Shown here piece by piece: positions 1 to 9,217 of a stretch of 48,132 bases of DNA. The position numbers and the translations under genes were made by a program. Location: assembly GCA_946222495.1 (NCBI GenBank), contig CAMICF010000001.1, positions 1-48,132 of the forward strand, in the 5' to 3' direction. Each line of letters starts with the position of its first letter. Position 1 is the first letter of the stretch. The notes beneath the pieces were generated by a model, which worked only from the letters and a program-made list of their open reading frames with translations, did no database searches and was not told the origin of the DNA. The stretch comes from an uncultured Janibacter sp. (GTDB taxonomy: Bacteria; Actinomycetota; Actinomycetes; Actinomycetales; Dermatophilaceae).

Positions 1-1
1 G

Positions 2-880
2 GGCCACCCGCTCCGCTACGCCCTCCTCGCCCTGCTGCTCGTGCTCGGGGCCGGTGGCCTCTGGTACGTCACCGCGGGCCCCGGCGCCTCGGTCGTCGTG
101 CCCGACGTCGCCGGGGACCCGGCCCAGGAGGCCGCGTCGACCCTCGAGGAGCACGACCTCGAGGTCACCGAGCGCGAGGCCTTCGACGAGTCGGTCCCGG
201 CCGGCGACACGATCTCCTCCGACCCGGCCTCGGGTGCCGAGGCGTCCAAGGGCTCGGAGGTCACCGTCGTCGTCTCCAAGGGGCCGGAGCGTCACGAGGT
301 CCCCGCCCTCGCCGGCCAGTCCACGGCCGACGCGAAGAAGGCCCTCGAGAAGCGCAGCCTCGTCCTCGGCGACACGAGCCAGGCCTGGGACGAGTCCGTC
401 GACAAGGGCAAGGTCATCTCCTCGGACCCCACGCCGGGAACCGAGCTCAAGCGCGACACCACCGTCGACCTCGTCGTCTCCAAGGGACCGGAGCCCGTCG
501 ACGTGCCGTCCGTCACCGGCCGGAGCCTGGCCTCGGCCACCTCGTCGATCGAGGGCGCCGACCTCGAGGTCGCCCGCGCCGACGACGCCTACTCGACCTC
601 CGTCCCCAAGGGCTCGGTCATCAGCCAGTCCCCCGCCTCCGGGCAGCTCGTCCCCGGCGAGACGGTGACGCTCACCGTGTCCAAGGGACCCGAGATGGTC
701 TCCGTGCCCGACGTCGAGGGCCTGACCAAGGCGGCCGCGACGAGCAAGCTCGAGGCCGCCGGGTTCTCGGTCTCCGTCCAGACCTTCCTCGGCGGGCCGA
801 TCGACGAGGTCCGCGCCTCGCGGCCCGGTGGCGGCGCCAGCGCCCCCAAGGGCTCGACGGTGACCATCCTCGTCGTCTGA
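2..880 (+). CDS. C-terminal part (TM helix + 4 PASTA domains) of a PASTA-domain Ser/Thr protein kinase (PknL/Stk1-like); 5'-truncated by the window
   Basis: Frame is open from the window start. Hydrophobic YALLALLLVLGAGGLWYV is followed by four repeats starting VPDVAG/VPALAG/VPSVTG/VPDVEG, the first three ending VSKGP. The kinase domain is not in the window and is inferred from synteny with the DAHP synthase. Confidence 0.85.
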   Translation, partial: GHPLRYALLALLLVLGAGGLWYVTAGPGASVVVPDVAGDPAQEAASTLEEHDLEVTEREAFDESVPAGDTISSDPASGAEASKGSEVTVVVSKGPERHEVPALAGQSTADAKKALEKRSLVLGDTSQAWDESVDKGKVISSDPTPGTELKRDTTVDLVVSKGPEPVDVPSVTGRSLASATSSIEGADLEVARADDAYSTSVPKGSVISQSPASGQLVPGETVTLTVSKGPEMVSVPDVEGLTKAAATSKLEAAGFSVSVQTFLGGPIDEVRASRPGGGASAPKGSTVTILVV

Positions 881-916
881 CGCCCTCCCCTTCGCCTCTC
901 CCCGAGGCCGTCCCGC

Positions 917-956
917 GCCGGAGGCCGCACCTCCGTGCGGAGATGCGGCCTCCGGC
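917..956. terminator. GC-rich hairpin between convergent genes, probable bidirectional terminator
   Basis: gccggaggccgca-c-ctccg / cggag-a-tgcggcctccggc inverted repeat. Confidence 0.7.
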
Positions 957-969
957 GGGCGACGGGGGA

Positions 970-1878
970 TCAGTGCGCGGGCACGTAGTGCGAGGCGTCC
1001 CCGGAGATGGCGCGGCTCGTCGTCCCGTCGATGCCGAAGGGGACGTCGCCGGCGACGGTGACCCGGTGCTTGAGGCGGGGCAGCCCGTCGTAGTTGTCCG
1101 GGGCGTAGTGCTGGGTGATCTGGTTGTCGAAGATCACCAGCTGGTCCGGCTCCCAGGTGACGCGGACGACGTTTTCCGGGCGGGTGATGTAGGCCTGCAG
1201 CAGTCGCAGGATGTCGCGGCTCTCGGTCTTGGACAGCCCGACGAAGCGGGAGACGAAGCCGCCGAGGTACAGGCCGCGCTCCCCCGTCTCCGGGTGCACC
1301 CGCACGACGGGGTGCTCGGTCTCGAAGGTCTGCGCGGTGAACTGCGCGCGGCGGTCCTGGGCCCCCTCGTCGATGTCCTCCGGCGGCACGGCGTAGTCGT
1401 AGTCGTTGGTGTGCACGGCCCACAGCCCGTCGGCGAGACGACGCAGCGGCTCGGGCAGGTCGCGATAGGCGGCGGCCGTGTTCGAGATGAGGGTCTCGCC
1501 GCCGTAGGGGGCGACGACCTTGCTCGCGAGGGTGGTCGCCTTCGGCGGGGCGTGGACGAAGGTGACGTCGGTGTGCCAGTGGTTGGCGGCGGAGCCGCCG
1601 AAGGTCTGCGAGTCCACGGGGAGCACCTTGGGCGCACCGTCGACGGAGGGCACGGTCGGGTGGGCCCCGGTGAGCTCCCCGAAGGAGGCGGCGAAGCGCT
1701 CCTGGGCGGCGTCGTCGACCGGCGCGTTCTTGAAGACGAGCGCCTTGTGCTCGTGGAGCGCCCCGCGGACGAAGGCGATGGTGTCCTCGTCGAGCGGCTG
1801 GGTCACGTCGACGCCGACGACCTCGGCACCGATCCGTCCGGTGATCTTGCGGATGTCGCGAATCGTCGTGGTGCTCAT
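970..1878 (-). CDS. TauD/TfdA family alpha-ketoglutarate-dependent dioxygenase (sulfonate/sulfate-ester)
   Basis: HWHTDVTF (HxD), GGETL, HPVVRVHPETGE, FDNQITQHYA, HRVT. Start MSTTT at 1878 overlaps the upstream stop. Confidence 0.93.
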   Translation of the reverse strand: MSTTTIRDIRKITGRIGAEVVGVDVTQPLDEDTIAFVRGALHEHKALVFKNAPVDDAAQERFAASFGELTGAHPTVPSVDGAPKVLPVDSQTFGGSAANHWHTDVTFVHAPPKATTLASKVVAPYGGETLISNTAAAYRDLPEPLRRLADGLWAVHTNDYDYAVPPEDIDEGAQDRRAQFTAQTFETEHPVVRVHPETGERGLYLGGFVSRFVGLSKTESRDILRLLQAYITRPENVVRVTWEPDQLVIFDNQITQHYAPDNYDGLPRLKHRVTVAGDVPFGIDGTTSRAISGDASHYVPAH

Positions 1879-3227
1879 GCTGCGTTCTCCTTGCTCGTGG
1901 TGGACGTGGTGCTGTGGCTGATCCGGCCCTGCTCGGGCCGGGCGAGGCCGTAGTGCTCGCGGAGGGTCGACCCCTCGTACTCGGTGCGGAAGAGGCCGCG
2001 CCGCTGCAGCTCGGGGACGACGGTGTCGACGAAGACCTCGAGGCCCTGCGGGTACGTCGGCGGCATGATGTTGAAGCCGTCGGCCGCTCCCTTCGTGAAC
2101 CACAGCTCGAGGTCGTCGGCGATCTGCTCGGGCGTCCCGGCGAGGACGCGGTGCCCGCGGCCTCCCGCCAGCCGCTCGATGAGCTGGCGGACGGTGAGGT
2201 CCTCGCGGCGGGCGAGCTCGGTGACGAGGGTGAAGCGGCTCTGGTTGCCCTGGGTGATCTGCTCGATCTGCGGCAGCGGCCCGTCCAGGTCCTCCTCGGT
2301 GAGGTCGATGTCGAGCATCGCCCGCAGCTGCGCGAGCCCGTAGGCGGGCACGATGCCCGCGTTGATCTCGGCCTCGAGGCGGCGGGCCTCCTCCTCGGTG
2401 GAGCCGATGATCGGCGAGATGCCCGGCAGGACCAGCAGCTCGTCGCGGCGACGGCCGTGCTGGGCCAGGCGCCCCTTGAGGTCCTCGTAGAACTCGATCC
2501 CGCCCTCGAGGGTCTGCTGGGCGGTGAAGACCGCCTCGGCGTACCTCGCGGCATAGGCCCGGCCGGACTCCGACGACCCGGCCTGGACGAGGAGCGGGTA
2601 CCCCTGGATCGGGCGGCGGACGTTGAGCGGACCCGCCACGTCGAAGAACTCGCCGTGGTGGTCGACCCGGTGGATCCGGTCGGTGTCCGCGAAGACCCCG
2701 CTCTCCTTGTCGGCGAGGACGGCGCCGTCGCCGAAGCTGTCCCACAGCTCCGCCGCGACCTCGAGGAACTCGGTCGCCCGCTCGTAGCGGCGGGAGTGGT
2801 CCGGGCGCTCGATGCCGAAGTTGCCGGCCTCCGCCCTGGACCCGGACGTGACGATGTTCCACCCGGCCCGTCCACCGCTCAGGTGGTCGAGCGAGGCGAA
2901 GGCCCGGGCCAGCGTGTACGGGTGGTTGTACGTCGTCGACGCGGTGGCGATGAGCCCGACGTGCTCGGTGCTCGCGGCGAGCGCCGAGAGCAGGGTGAGC
3001 GGCTCGAAGGCGCTGTGCGAGTTGTGCTTGACGTTGTCGGCCTGCGCGACGGTGTCGGCGAGGAAGACCGAGTCGAGCCGGCCGCGCTCAGCGGTGCGGG
3101 CGATGTCGACGTAGTGCGCCAGGGTCAGCGCCCGGTCGGGTCGCGTGGAGTGGTGGCGCCAGGCCGCCTCGTGGTGTCCGTTGGGCATGATGAAGGCGTT
3201 GAGGTGGAGCCGTCGTTGCGTGGTCAT
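1875..3227 (-). CDS. LLM-class FMNH2-dependent monooxygenase (NtaA/SnaA/DszA family)
   Basis: LHLNAF, AERGRLDSVFLAD, FEPLTLLSALA, FASLDHLSGGRAGWNIVTS, QAGSS, VPELQRRGLFRTEYEG. Confidence 0.93.
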   Translation of the reverse strand: MTTQRRLHLNAFIMPNGHHEAAWRHHSTRPDRALTLAHYVDIARTAERGRLDSVFLADTVAQADNVKHNSHSAFEPLTLLSALAASTEHVGLIATASTTYNHPYTLARAFASLDHLSGGRAGWNIVTSGSRAEAGNFGIERPDHSRRYERATEFLEVAAELWDSFGDGAVLADKESGVFADTDRIHRVDHHGEFFDVAGPLNVRRPIQGYPLLVQAGSSESGRAYAARYAEAVFTAQQTLEGGIEFYEDLKGRLAQHGRRRDELLVLPGISPIIGSTEEEARRLEAEINAGIVPAYGLAQLRAMLDIDLTEEDLDGPLPQIEQITQGNQSRFTLVTELARREDLTVRQLIERLAGGRGHRVLAGTPEQIADDLELWFTKGAADGFNIMPPTYPQGLEVFVDTVVPELQRRGLFRTEYEGSTLREHYGLARPEQGRISHSTTSTTSKENAA

Positions 3228-3254
3228 GTGGATTCCTTTCCGGGAGAAGGGGGC

Positions 3255-4133
3255 TCAGCTGCCCTGAGGGGTGACGCGCCACCGCGAGAAGCGCTGCTCG
3301 AGACGCACCAGGCCGGTGTTGACGATGAGCCCGAAGACGGAGACCGTGATGATCCCGGCGTACATGTCGGGGATCTGGAAGCTCGACTGGGCGTTGGTGA
3401 TGAGGTAGCCCAGCCCCGCCTTCGCCCCGACCATCTCCGCGGCGATGAGGACGAGGATCGCGGAGGTGCCGGCCATCCGGACACCGGTGAAGATCGTCGG
3501 CACCGCGGACGGCAGGACGACCTTCGCGAAGAGCTGCAGGTTGGACAGCCCGAGGCTCCGGGCGGCGCGGACGAGCAGCGGGTCGACCGTCCGCACCCCG
3601 GCGACGGTGTTGAGGAGCACCGGGAAGAAGGCCGCGAAGGCGACGATCGAGAACTTGCTCAGCTCGCCGATCCCGAGGAGCAGGGTGAAGACCGGGAGCA
3701 GCGCGAGGGCCGCGGTGTTGCGGAAGAGCTCGAGCAGCGGCGTGAGGAACTCGCGCAGGCCGTCGTACCAGGCGATGGCGATGCCGATGACGACACCGCC
3801 GACCACGGCGAGGCCGAAGCCGACGACCGACCGGGTCAGGCTCGCGACGAGGTGCTGCTGCAGCTCACCGGTGGCCGCGAGGTCCCACCACGCCTGGAGC
3901 ACGACGTGCAGCGGCGGGAGGAAGACCTTGACGTCCGGCTGGAGCAGGTACTGGGTGCCGAACTCCCAGAGGAGGAGGAAGAGGACCACCGCGGCGGACC
4001 GGCGGATGCCGGTCCGGACCGCGCCGAGGGTGCGGGCCCGGACCGAGGGTGCCTCGGGCACCTGCGTCACCGGGGCCGAAGGGGGCGCCCCTTCGGTGGT
4101 CGGGGTGGACGGGGACAGGGTTGCGGTGCTCAT
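3255..4133 (-). CDS. Sulfonate/nitrate/taurine ABC transporter permease (SsuC/TauC-like)
   Basis: Multiple TM helices, an EAA-like loop (LVRAARSLG), LIAAEMVGAKAGLG. Confidence 0.9.
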   Translation of the reverse strand: MSTATLSPSTPTTEGAPPSAPVTQVPEAPSVRARTLGAVRTGIRRSAAVVLFLLLWEFGTQYLLQPDVKVFLPPLHVVLQAWWDLAATGELQQHLVASLTRSVVGFGLAVVGGVVIGIAIAWYDGLREFLTPLLELFRNTAALALLPVFTLLLGIGELSKFSIVAFAAFFPVLLNTVAGVRTVDPLLVRAARSLGLSNLQLFAKVVLPSAVPTIFTGVRMAGTSAILVLIAAEMVGAKAGLGYLITNAQSSFQIPDMYAGIITVSVFGLIVNTGLVRLEQRFSRWRVTPQGS

Positions 4134-4978
4134 CAGGCCGCCTTCTCGGTGCCGTCGGGCTGGATCTTCTGGTGGCCGGCGCTCTGGGCCCGCTCGACCT
4201 CTTCGTGCAGCAGGCTCCAGATCTGGTGCCGGTAGGCGACGAACTCGGGCTCCGACCGCAGGTCGACGGCCCCCGCACGGTCGCCGAGGTCGATGTCGAC
4301 GACCTCCTTGAGGCGTCCGGGACGGGAGGAGAGCACCGCGACGCGCTGGCCGAGGTAGACGGCCTCCTCGATGCCGTGCGTGATGAAGACGGCGGTGGTC
4401 CCGGTCGCCCGCCAGATCCGCAGCAGCTCGTCCTGCAGCTGCTCACGGGTCTGGGCGTCGAGCGCCGCGAAGGGCTCGTCCATGAGGAGGATCCCCGGCT
4501 CGTAGGCGAGGCTGCGGGCGATCGCCACCCGCTGCTTCATCCCTCCCGAGAGCTCGTGCGGCAGTCGGTCCTCGAAGCCGGAGAGCCCGACGAGGTCGAG
4601 GTACCGGCGCGCCCGCTCGGTGCGCTCCCGGCGGCTGATCGGCAGCTGCTCCAGGCCGAAGGTGACGTTCGCCAGGGCGGTGCGCCACGGAAAGAGCGCG
4701 TACTGCTGGAAGACGATGCCGCGGTCCAGGCCGGGTCCGCGGACCTCAGAGCCGTCGACGAGGACGGACCCGCTGCTCGGCCGGCTCAGCCCGCCGAGCA
4801 GGTCGAGCAGGGTGGTCTTGCCGGACCCGCTCGGGCCGACGAGGGTGAGGAACTCCCCTGCCGGCACCGTGAGGCTGATGTCCTCGAGCGCCCGGAGGAC
4901 GGTCGCTCGCGGCTGGTCCTTCGTCGGTCGGACGACGAACTCCTTGGTGACATTGCGCAGCTCGATGCTCGAGGTCAC
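4133..4978 (-). CDS. Sulfonate ABC transporter ATP-binding protein (SsuB/TauB-like)
   Basis: Walker [32 protein letters not shown] start overlaps the upstream TGA (GTGA). Confidence 0.92.
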   Translation of the reverse strand: MTSSIELRNVTKEFVVRPTKDQPRATVLRALEDISLTVPAGEFLTLVGPSGSGKTTLLDLLGGLSRPSSGSVLVDGSEVRGPGLDRGIVFQQYALFPWRTALANVTFGLEQLPISRRERTERARRYLDLVGLSGFEDRLPHELSGGMKQRVAIARSLAYEPGILLMDEPFAALDAQTREQLQDELLRIWRATGTTAVFITHGIEEAVYLGQRVAVLSSRPGRLKEVVDIDLGDRAGAVDLRSEPEFVAYRHQIWSLLHEEVERAQSAGHQKIQPDGTEKAA

Positions 4979-6021
4979 GTCGACCCCTCCTTCGCCAGAT
5001 CGTTGAACTCGTTGGTGTAGTAGGACGCCGGGTCGAGCTGTCCCTTCCGGACGACGTTGCTCCGCACGAGGTAGCCCTCCCACTGGGTGAAGTCCTTGTC
5101 CGAGATCACGCCGCCGCGGGAGGGGACCCCAGAGCTCTTCCAGTGGGTCAGCGGCTCGAGCGCCTCGTTCCGGTCGCGCTGCCGGACGATCTTCGTGTAG
5201 CGGTCGATGACCTCCTGGCGGCTGTGGCTCTTCGTCCACTCGATGGCCTTGGCGACCCCCGTGGTGAAGTCCCGGGCGGCCGCCGGCTCCGCGTCGATGA
5301 AGTCGTTGCGCAGGACGTACTGCCCGCCGTTGATGTGTCCGAGGAAGCTCGTGTCCCGCACGAGCTCGCGGATGTCGTCCGCCCCGAGCGCCCGGTCCTG
5401 GAGGATGTCGCTGAGGATCCCGACGTCGACCTGACCCCGGCGCACGGCCTGCTCGGTGTCGTTCGGCGGCAGGACGACGAGCTGGACCTTCTTGATCTCC
5501 GCCGGGCCCAGCCCGGCCTCCGTGAGCCAGGTGTCGACCGAGGCCTCGGCGTGACCACCGAGGGTGTTGACCGCGATCTTCTTGCCGACGAGGTCCTTGG
5601 GCGACCTGATCGTGCTGTCCCTGCGCACGTAGAAGCCTTGATAGTTCTTGGCGTTCGACCCGTAGTAGTTGACGACCGCCGTGATCGGCGACCCCGCCTC
5701 GATGAGGTTGACGACGGCCCCGGTGAAGGCGCCCCCGACGTCCGTCTGGTTCGTCGCCACCGACTGGATGTCCTGCGGCCCGCTGATCGTCGCCCCGACC
5801 CACTTCAGCTTGACGACGTCGAAGTACCCGAGGTCCTCGGCGAGCTCGGGGCCGAGGACCTTGTTGGCCCAGCTCTGGTAGCGCAGGACGACCCGGCCGT
5901 CCTTCGTCCGCGCGGCGGCCGCGGCCTCGCTGCCCGGAAGGGCGCAGCCGGCCAGCGCCGAGCTCGTCGCCAGCCCGGCCGCACCGAGGAGGAGGGACCG
6001 GCGGGAGGTGAGCGCCGCCAT
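4975..6021 (-). CDS. ABC substrate-binding lipoprotein (SsuA-like), probable Tat export
   Basis: N-terminal SRRSLL twin-arginine motif, lipobox [19 protein letters not shown]. Confidence 0.88.
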   Translation of the reverse strand: MAALTSRRSLLLGAAGLATSSALAGCALPGSEAAAAARTKDGRVVLRYQSWANKVLGPELAEDLGYFDVVKLKWVGATISGPQDIQSVATNQTDVGGAFTGAVVNLIEAGSPITAVVNYYGSNAKNYQGFYVRRDSTIRSPKDLVGKKIAVNTLGGHAEASVDTWLTEAGLGPAEIKKVQLVVLPPNDTEQAVRRGQVDVGILSDILQDRALGADDIRELVRDTSFLGHINGGQYVLRNDFIDAEPAAARDFTTGVAKAIEWTKSHSRQEVIDRYTKIVRQRDRNEALEPLTHWKSSGVPSRGGVISDKDFTQWEGYLVRSNVVRKGQLDPASYYTNEFNDLAKEGST

Positions 6022-6620
6022 CAGGCCACCGCTTCCGAGCGGAGGAAGAGCTCGCCGCGGTGCGCCTCGTCCGAGGCCGAGAGGAGCGAGCGGCCGGCGA
6101 TGGTGTCGAGGAAGACCCGGGTCACCTCGGCCAGGGGCGTGGCGGCGGACTCGGCGAGGGTGACCTCGCCCCCTTCGTGCCGGGTGACCTCCGAGGCGAG
6201 GACGAACCACCCCGGGGTGATGGCGCTCGGCGCGAGGCTGGCGAGGACCGGACGCAGGGCGTAGTCGACCGCCAGGACGTGGGCGGGGCTGCCGCCGGTG
6301 GCGATCGGCAGGGCCACCTTGTCCTGGAGCGCGGTCTGCGGCAGCAGGTCGAGGAAGGCCTTGAGGAGGCCGCTGTAGGCGGCCTTGTAGACGGGGGTGG
6401 AGACGATGACCGCGTCGGCCTGCTGCAGGGCCTCCGATGCCGCGGCGATCTCGTAGTCGTCGGCGTCGGCGCGCAGCAGGGGCCCTGCCGGGAGGTCGCG
6501 CAGGACGATCGGGCTGACGACGTGTCCGGCGCGCTGGACGCGCCGGGCGAGGTCGCCGAGGACGGCCTCGGTGCGGGAGGTGGTCGACGGGCTGCTGGAG
6601 ATGGTGGCGATGACAGCCAT
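6021..6620 (-). CDS. ssuE: NADPH-dependent FMN reductase
   Basis: SSPSTTSRT, STPVYKAAYSGLLKAFLDLLPQ, ATGGSPAHVLAVDYALRPVL. Confidence 0.9.
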   Translation of the reverse strand: MAVIATISSSPSTTSRTEAVLGDLARRVQRAGHVVSPIVLRDLPAGPLLRADADDYEIAAASEALQQADAVIVSTPVYKAAYSGLLKAFLDLLPQTALQDKVALPIATGGSPAHVLAVDYALRPVLASLAPSAITPGWFVLASEVTRHEGGEVTLAESAATPLAEVTRVFLDTIAGRSLLSASDEAHRGELFLRSEAVA

Positions 6621-6718
6621 GCGTGGGCGCCTTTCTGGGCAGGGTGGATCGACGGCGGACGACGGTGTCGTCCCCGGATGGGCGATGCGGGGGAAGGGGT
6701 CTCGGGACCCCGGCTAGA

Positions 6719-6808
6719 TCAGGCTCGACACAGTGAGCTGTTGACCCGGAGCAGGTCGACGTGCCGGCGCAGCACGCGCCGCAGCGCTGTCGTCATCAGG
6801 TGGCTCAT
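6719..6808 (-). CDS. Putative Cys-containing leader peptide, 29 aa MSHLMTTALRRVLRRHVDLLRVNSSLCRA (not in the ORF track)
   Basis: Manual translation from ATG 6808 to TGA 6719. The RRHVDLxRVxSxLC C-terminus resembles actinobacterial leader peptides found ahead of sulfur genes. Alternative in-frame ATG at 6829. Confidence 0.8.
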   Translation of the reverse strand: MSHLMTTALRRVLRRHVDLLRVNSSLCRA

Positions 6809-6842
6809 GTGGTGATCCGTCCTCGTCATGAGGAGGCCCGGA

Positions 6843-6959
6843 GGCCCCGCGCTTGCTCCCACCGGTCCGGCAGGAGCCTGGTCCTCACCCGGAGCACCCC
6901 ACCGCGAGATGGAGGGTTGCTGTCCAGCGAGCCGGGGCTTGGTGCTGGAACTCGTGACC
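6843..6959 (-). ncRNA. SAM-IV riboswitch
   Basis: Minus strand reads GGUCACGAGUUCCAGCACCAAGCCCCGGCUCGCUGGACAGCAACCCUCC...CGCGGUGGGGUGCUCCGGGUGAGGACCAGGC...GCAAGCGCGGG, matching SAM-IV conserved blocks. It lies upstream of a sulfur operon. Confidence 0.92.
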
Positions 6960-6967
6960 TGATGAAG

Positions 6968-6996
6968 AACCTACGCAGATCCATCTCCTACCGCAA
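6968..6996 (-). promoter_or_regulatory. Sigma70-type promoter for the riboswitch/sulfur operon
   Basis: TTGCGG-N17-TAGGTT ending 8 nt before the aptamer 5' end. Confidence 0.6.
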
Positions 6997-7046
6997 GACT
7001 CGGAGATGCCCTTCTTGCATCGTGGACACCACCCGTCCCCGCACAC

Positions 7047-7084
7047 GCAGACGTCCCGCACGCCGAGGCGTGCGGGACGTCTGT
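7047..7084. terminator. Hairpin downstream of the DAHP synthase gene
   Basis: gcagacgtcccgcacgcc-ga-ggcgtgcgggacgtctgt near-perfect inverted repeat. Confidence 0.75.
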
Positions 7085-7110
7085 GACCGGGGTCGGAGGT
7101 GGGGCGTGGC

Positions 7111-8460
7111 TCAGCGCGCTCCGAGCATCTCCGCGGTGAGGAAGGCGAGCTCGAGGCTCTGCTGGTGGTTCAGCCGCGGGTCGCAGACGCTCTCGTAGCG
7201 CTTGTTGAGGTCGGTGTCGAGGATCCGCTCGGCGCCACCGAGGCACTCGGTGACGTCGTTGCCGGTGAGCTCGACGTGCAGGCCACCGGGCACCGTGCCG
7301 AGCGACTGGTGCACCTCGAAGAAGCCGCGCACCTCGTCGACGACGTCCTCGAAGTCGCGCGTCTTGAACCCGGACTCCGACTCGAAGGTGTTGCCGTGCA
7401 TCGGGTCGCAGATCCACGTGACGATCGCGCCGGAGTCGCGGACCTTCTCGATGATCGGCGGCAGCGCCTCGCGGATCTTGCCGGCGCCCATGCGGGTGAT
7501 GAAGGTCAGGCGGCCGGGCGTGCGGTCCGGGTCGAGGAGGTCGATGATCCGCAGCAGCTCGTCGGGGTCGGCCTTGTCGGAGACCTTCATGCCGATGGGG
7601 TTGCTGATCCGGCTGACGAAGTCGAGGTGCGCGTGGTCGAGCTGGCGCGTGCGCTCCCCGATCCACAGGAAGTGCCCCGAGGTGTCGTAGAGGTCTCCGG
7701 TGCGCGAGTCGACACGGGTCATCGGACGCTCGTAGTCGAGGAGCAGCGCCTCGTGGGCCGACCAGAACTCGGTGATCTTCATGGCGTCGAAGTCGACGCC
7801 GCAGGCGGCCATGAACCGCATCGCCTTGTCGATGTCGTGGGCCAGACCCTCGTAGCGGCGGTTGGCGGCGTTGGAGACGAAGCCGACGTTCCAGTCGTGC
7901 ACGCGGCGCAGGTCGGCGAAGCCGCCCTGGGTGAAGGCCCGCACGAGGTTCAGCGTCGACGCGCTCGTGTGGTACCCGCGCAGCAGGCGGTTCGGGTCGG
8001 GGTTGCGCGCCTCCGGGGTGAAGGCGAAGTCGTTGACCATGTCACCGCGGTACGCGGGCAGGGTGACGCCGTCGCGGGTCTCCGTGTCCTTGCTCCGGGG
8101 CTTGGCGAACTGGCCGGCCATCCGGCCCATCTTCACCACGGGCATGCCCGCGCCGTAGGTGAGCACGGCGGCCATCTGCAGGACCGTCTTGATCCGGTCG
8201 CGGATGTTGTCGGCGGTGGCGTGGCTGAAGGTCTCGGCGCAGTCGCCGCCCTGGAGGACGAAGGCCTCGCCGATGGAGGCCGCGGCCATCCGGTCGCGCA
8301 GGTCGTCGCACTCACCCGCGAAGACGAGCGGGGGGTAGCTCCCCAGGGTCGCCACGGCCTCGTCGAGGACGTCGCGGTCGGGCCAGCTCGGCTGCTGGGC
8401 GGCCGGGAGGTCGCTGGCGATGGGGTCGGCGGACGTGGGGGTGGGCACTGCAGTGGTCAC
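7111..8460 (-). CDS. aroG: Class II 3-deoxy-7-phosphoheptulonate (DAHP) synthase
   Basis: AAQQPSWPD, QGGDCAE, GRMAGQFAKPRS, LWIGERTRQ, CDPMHGNT, CDPRLN. Confidence 0.96.
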   Translation of the reverse strand: MTTAVPTPTSADPIASDLPAAQQPSWPDRDVLDEAVATLGSYPPLVFAGECDDLRDRMAAASIGEAFVLQGGDCAETFSHATADNIRDRIKTVLQMAAVLTYGAGMPVVKMGRMAGQFAKPRSKDTETRDGVTLPAYRGDMVNDFAFTPEARNPDPNRLLRGYHTSASTLNLVRAFTQGGFADLRRVHDWNVGFVSNAANRRYEGLAHDIDKAMRFMAACGVDFDAMKITEFWSAHEALLLDYERPMTRVDSRTGDLYDTSGHFLWIGERTRQLDHAHLDFVSRISNPIGMKVSDKADPDELLRIIDLLDPDRTPGRLTFITRMGAGKIREALPPIIEKVRDSGAIVTWICDPMHGNTFESESGFKTRDFEDVVDEVRGFFEVHQSLGTVPGGLHVELTGNDVTECLGGAERILDTDLNKRYESVCDPRLNHQQSLELAFLTAEMLGAR

Positions 8461-8524
8461 CCCCACAGGATAGGGCGCCGGCGGCCAGGAGCCGCACCCG
8501 TCCCCTCCAGCGGACGAAGGGAGG

Positions 8525-9217
8525 TCACTCCGGCTGGTCGAGACCGCGGCTGATCGCGAAGCGCGTCAGCTCGACGCGGTTGTGCAGGTGCAGCTTTCCG
8601 AGGATGTTCTGCACGTGGTTCTGCACGGTGCGGTGGGAGATGACGAGGTCCGTCGCGATCTCCTTCGCCGTCATGCCCATGGCGACGTACCGGAGGATCT
8701 CCGTCTCCCGCCCGGTGAGCTCGGGGATGCCGGAGGGGTCCCCGGCGCTCTCGTCCTCCGCCGGTGCCGTGGCGTGCGCCTGGCTGCTCATCTCGCGGAA
8801 CTCGCCGAGGACCAGCCCGGCCAGGCCGGGGGTGAAGACGGCGTCGCCCGCACCGGTCGCGGAGACCGCGTCGCGGATCTCGCTCGAGGAGGCGGACTTC
8901 ACGAGGTAGCCGCTCGCCCCGGCCTTCACCGCGGCGAGCACGTCCTGCTCCTCGCCGCTCGCGGAGAGGATGAGGACCTTCGTCGGGAGGTCACCGATGG
9001 CCCGGCACACCTCGTCGCCGCGCATCTCGGGGAGGTTGAGGTCGAGCACGAGGACGTCGGGGACGGTCGCCCTCGTGCGCCGGACCGTCGCGGGCCCGTC
9101 GGCCGCGGTCCCGACGATGTCGAAGGCGTTCTGCTCGAGGTCGCGGACGAGGGCGTCCCGCCACAGCGGGTGGTCGTCGGCGACGAGGACCTTCAGGGGT
9201 CCGGAGGACTCGGTCAT
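8525..9217 (-). CDS. NarL/LuxR-family response regulator (MacR-like)
   Basis: VLVADDHPLWRD receiver domain, LTGRETEIL...SHRTVQNHVQN HTH. Confidence 0.9.
   Translation of the reverse strand: MTESSGPLKVLVADDHPLWRDALVRDLEQNAFDIVGTAADGPATVRRTRATVPDVLVLDLNLPEMRGDEVCRAIGDLPTKVLILSASGEEQDVLAAVKAGASGYLVKSASSSEIRDAVSATGAGDAVFTPGLAGLVLGEFREMSSQAHATAPAEDESAGDPSGIPELTGRETEILRYVAMGMTAKEIATDLVISHRTVQNHVQNILGKLHLHNRVELTRFAISRGLDQPE

Noticed and set aside
970..2862. 630-aa ORF suggesting an N-terminally extended TauD
   Set aside because: The extension is an Arg/Pro-rich off-frame read of the LLM gene. The real start is at 1878, with an RBS (AAGGAG).
1914..4235. Long antisense ORFs (also 7099-8553, 15945-17495, 25676-27412, 29844-31682, 46454-48127 and others)
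   Set aside because: These are typical stop-poor shadow frames of high-GC genes, with no recognisable motifs.
881..7110. Sulfur operon as a mobile element or genomic island
   Set aside because: No integrase, transposase, att-like direct repeats or obvious compositional shift are visible, so it is reported only as accessory.
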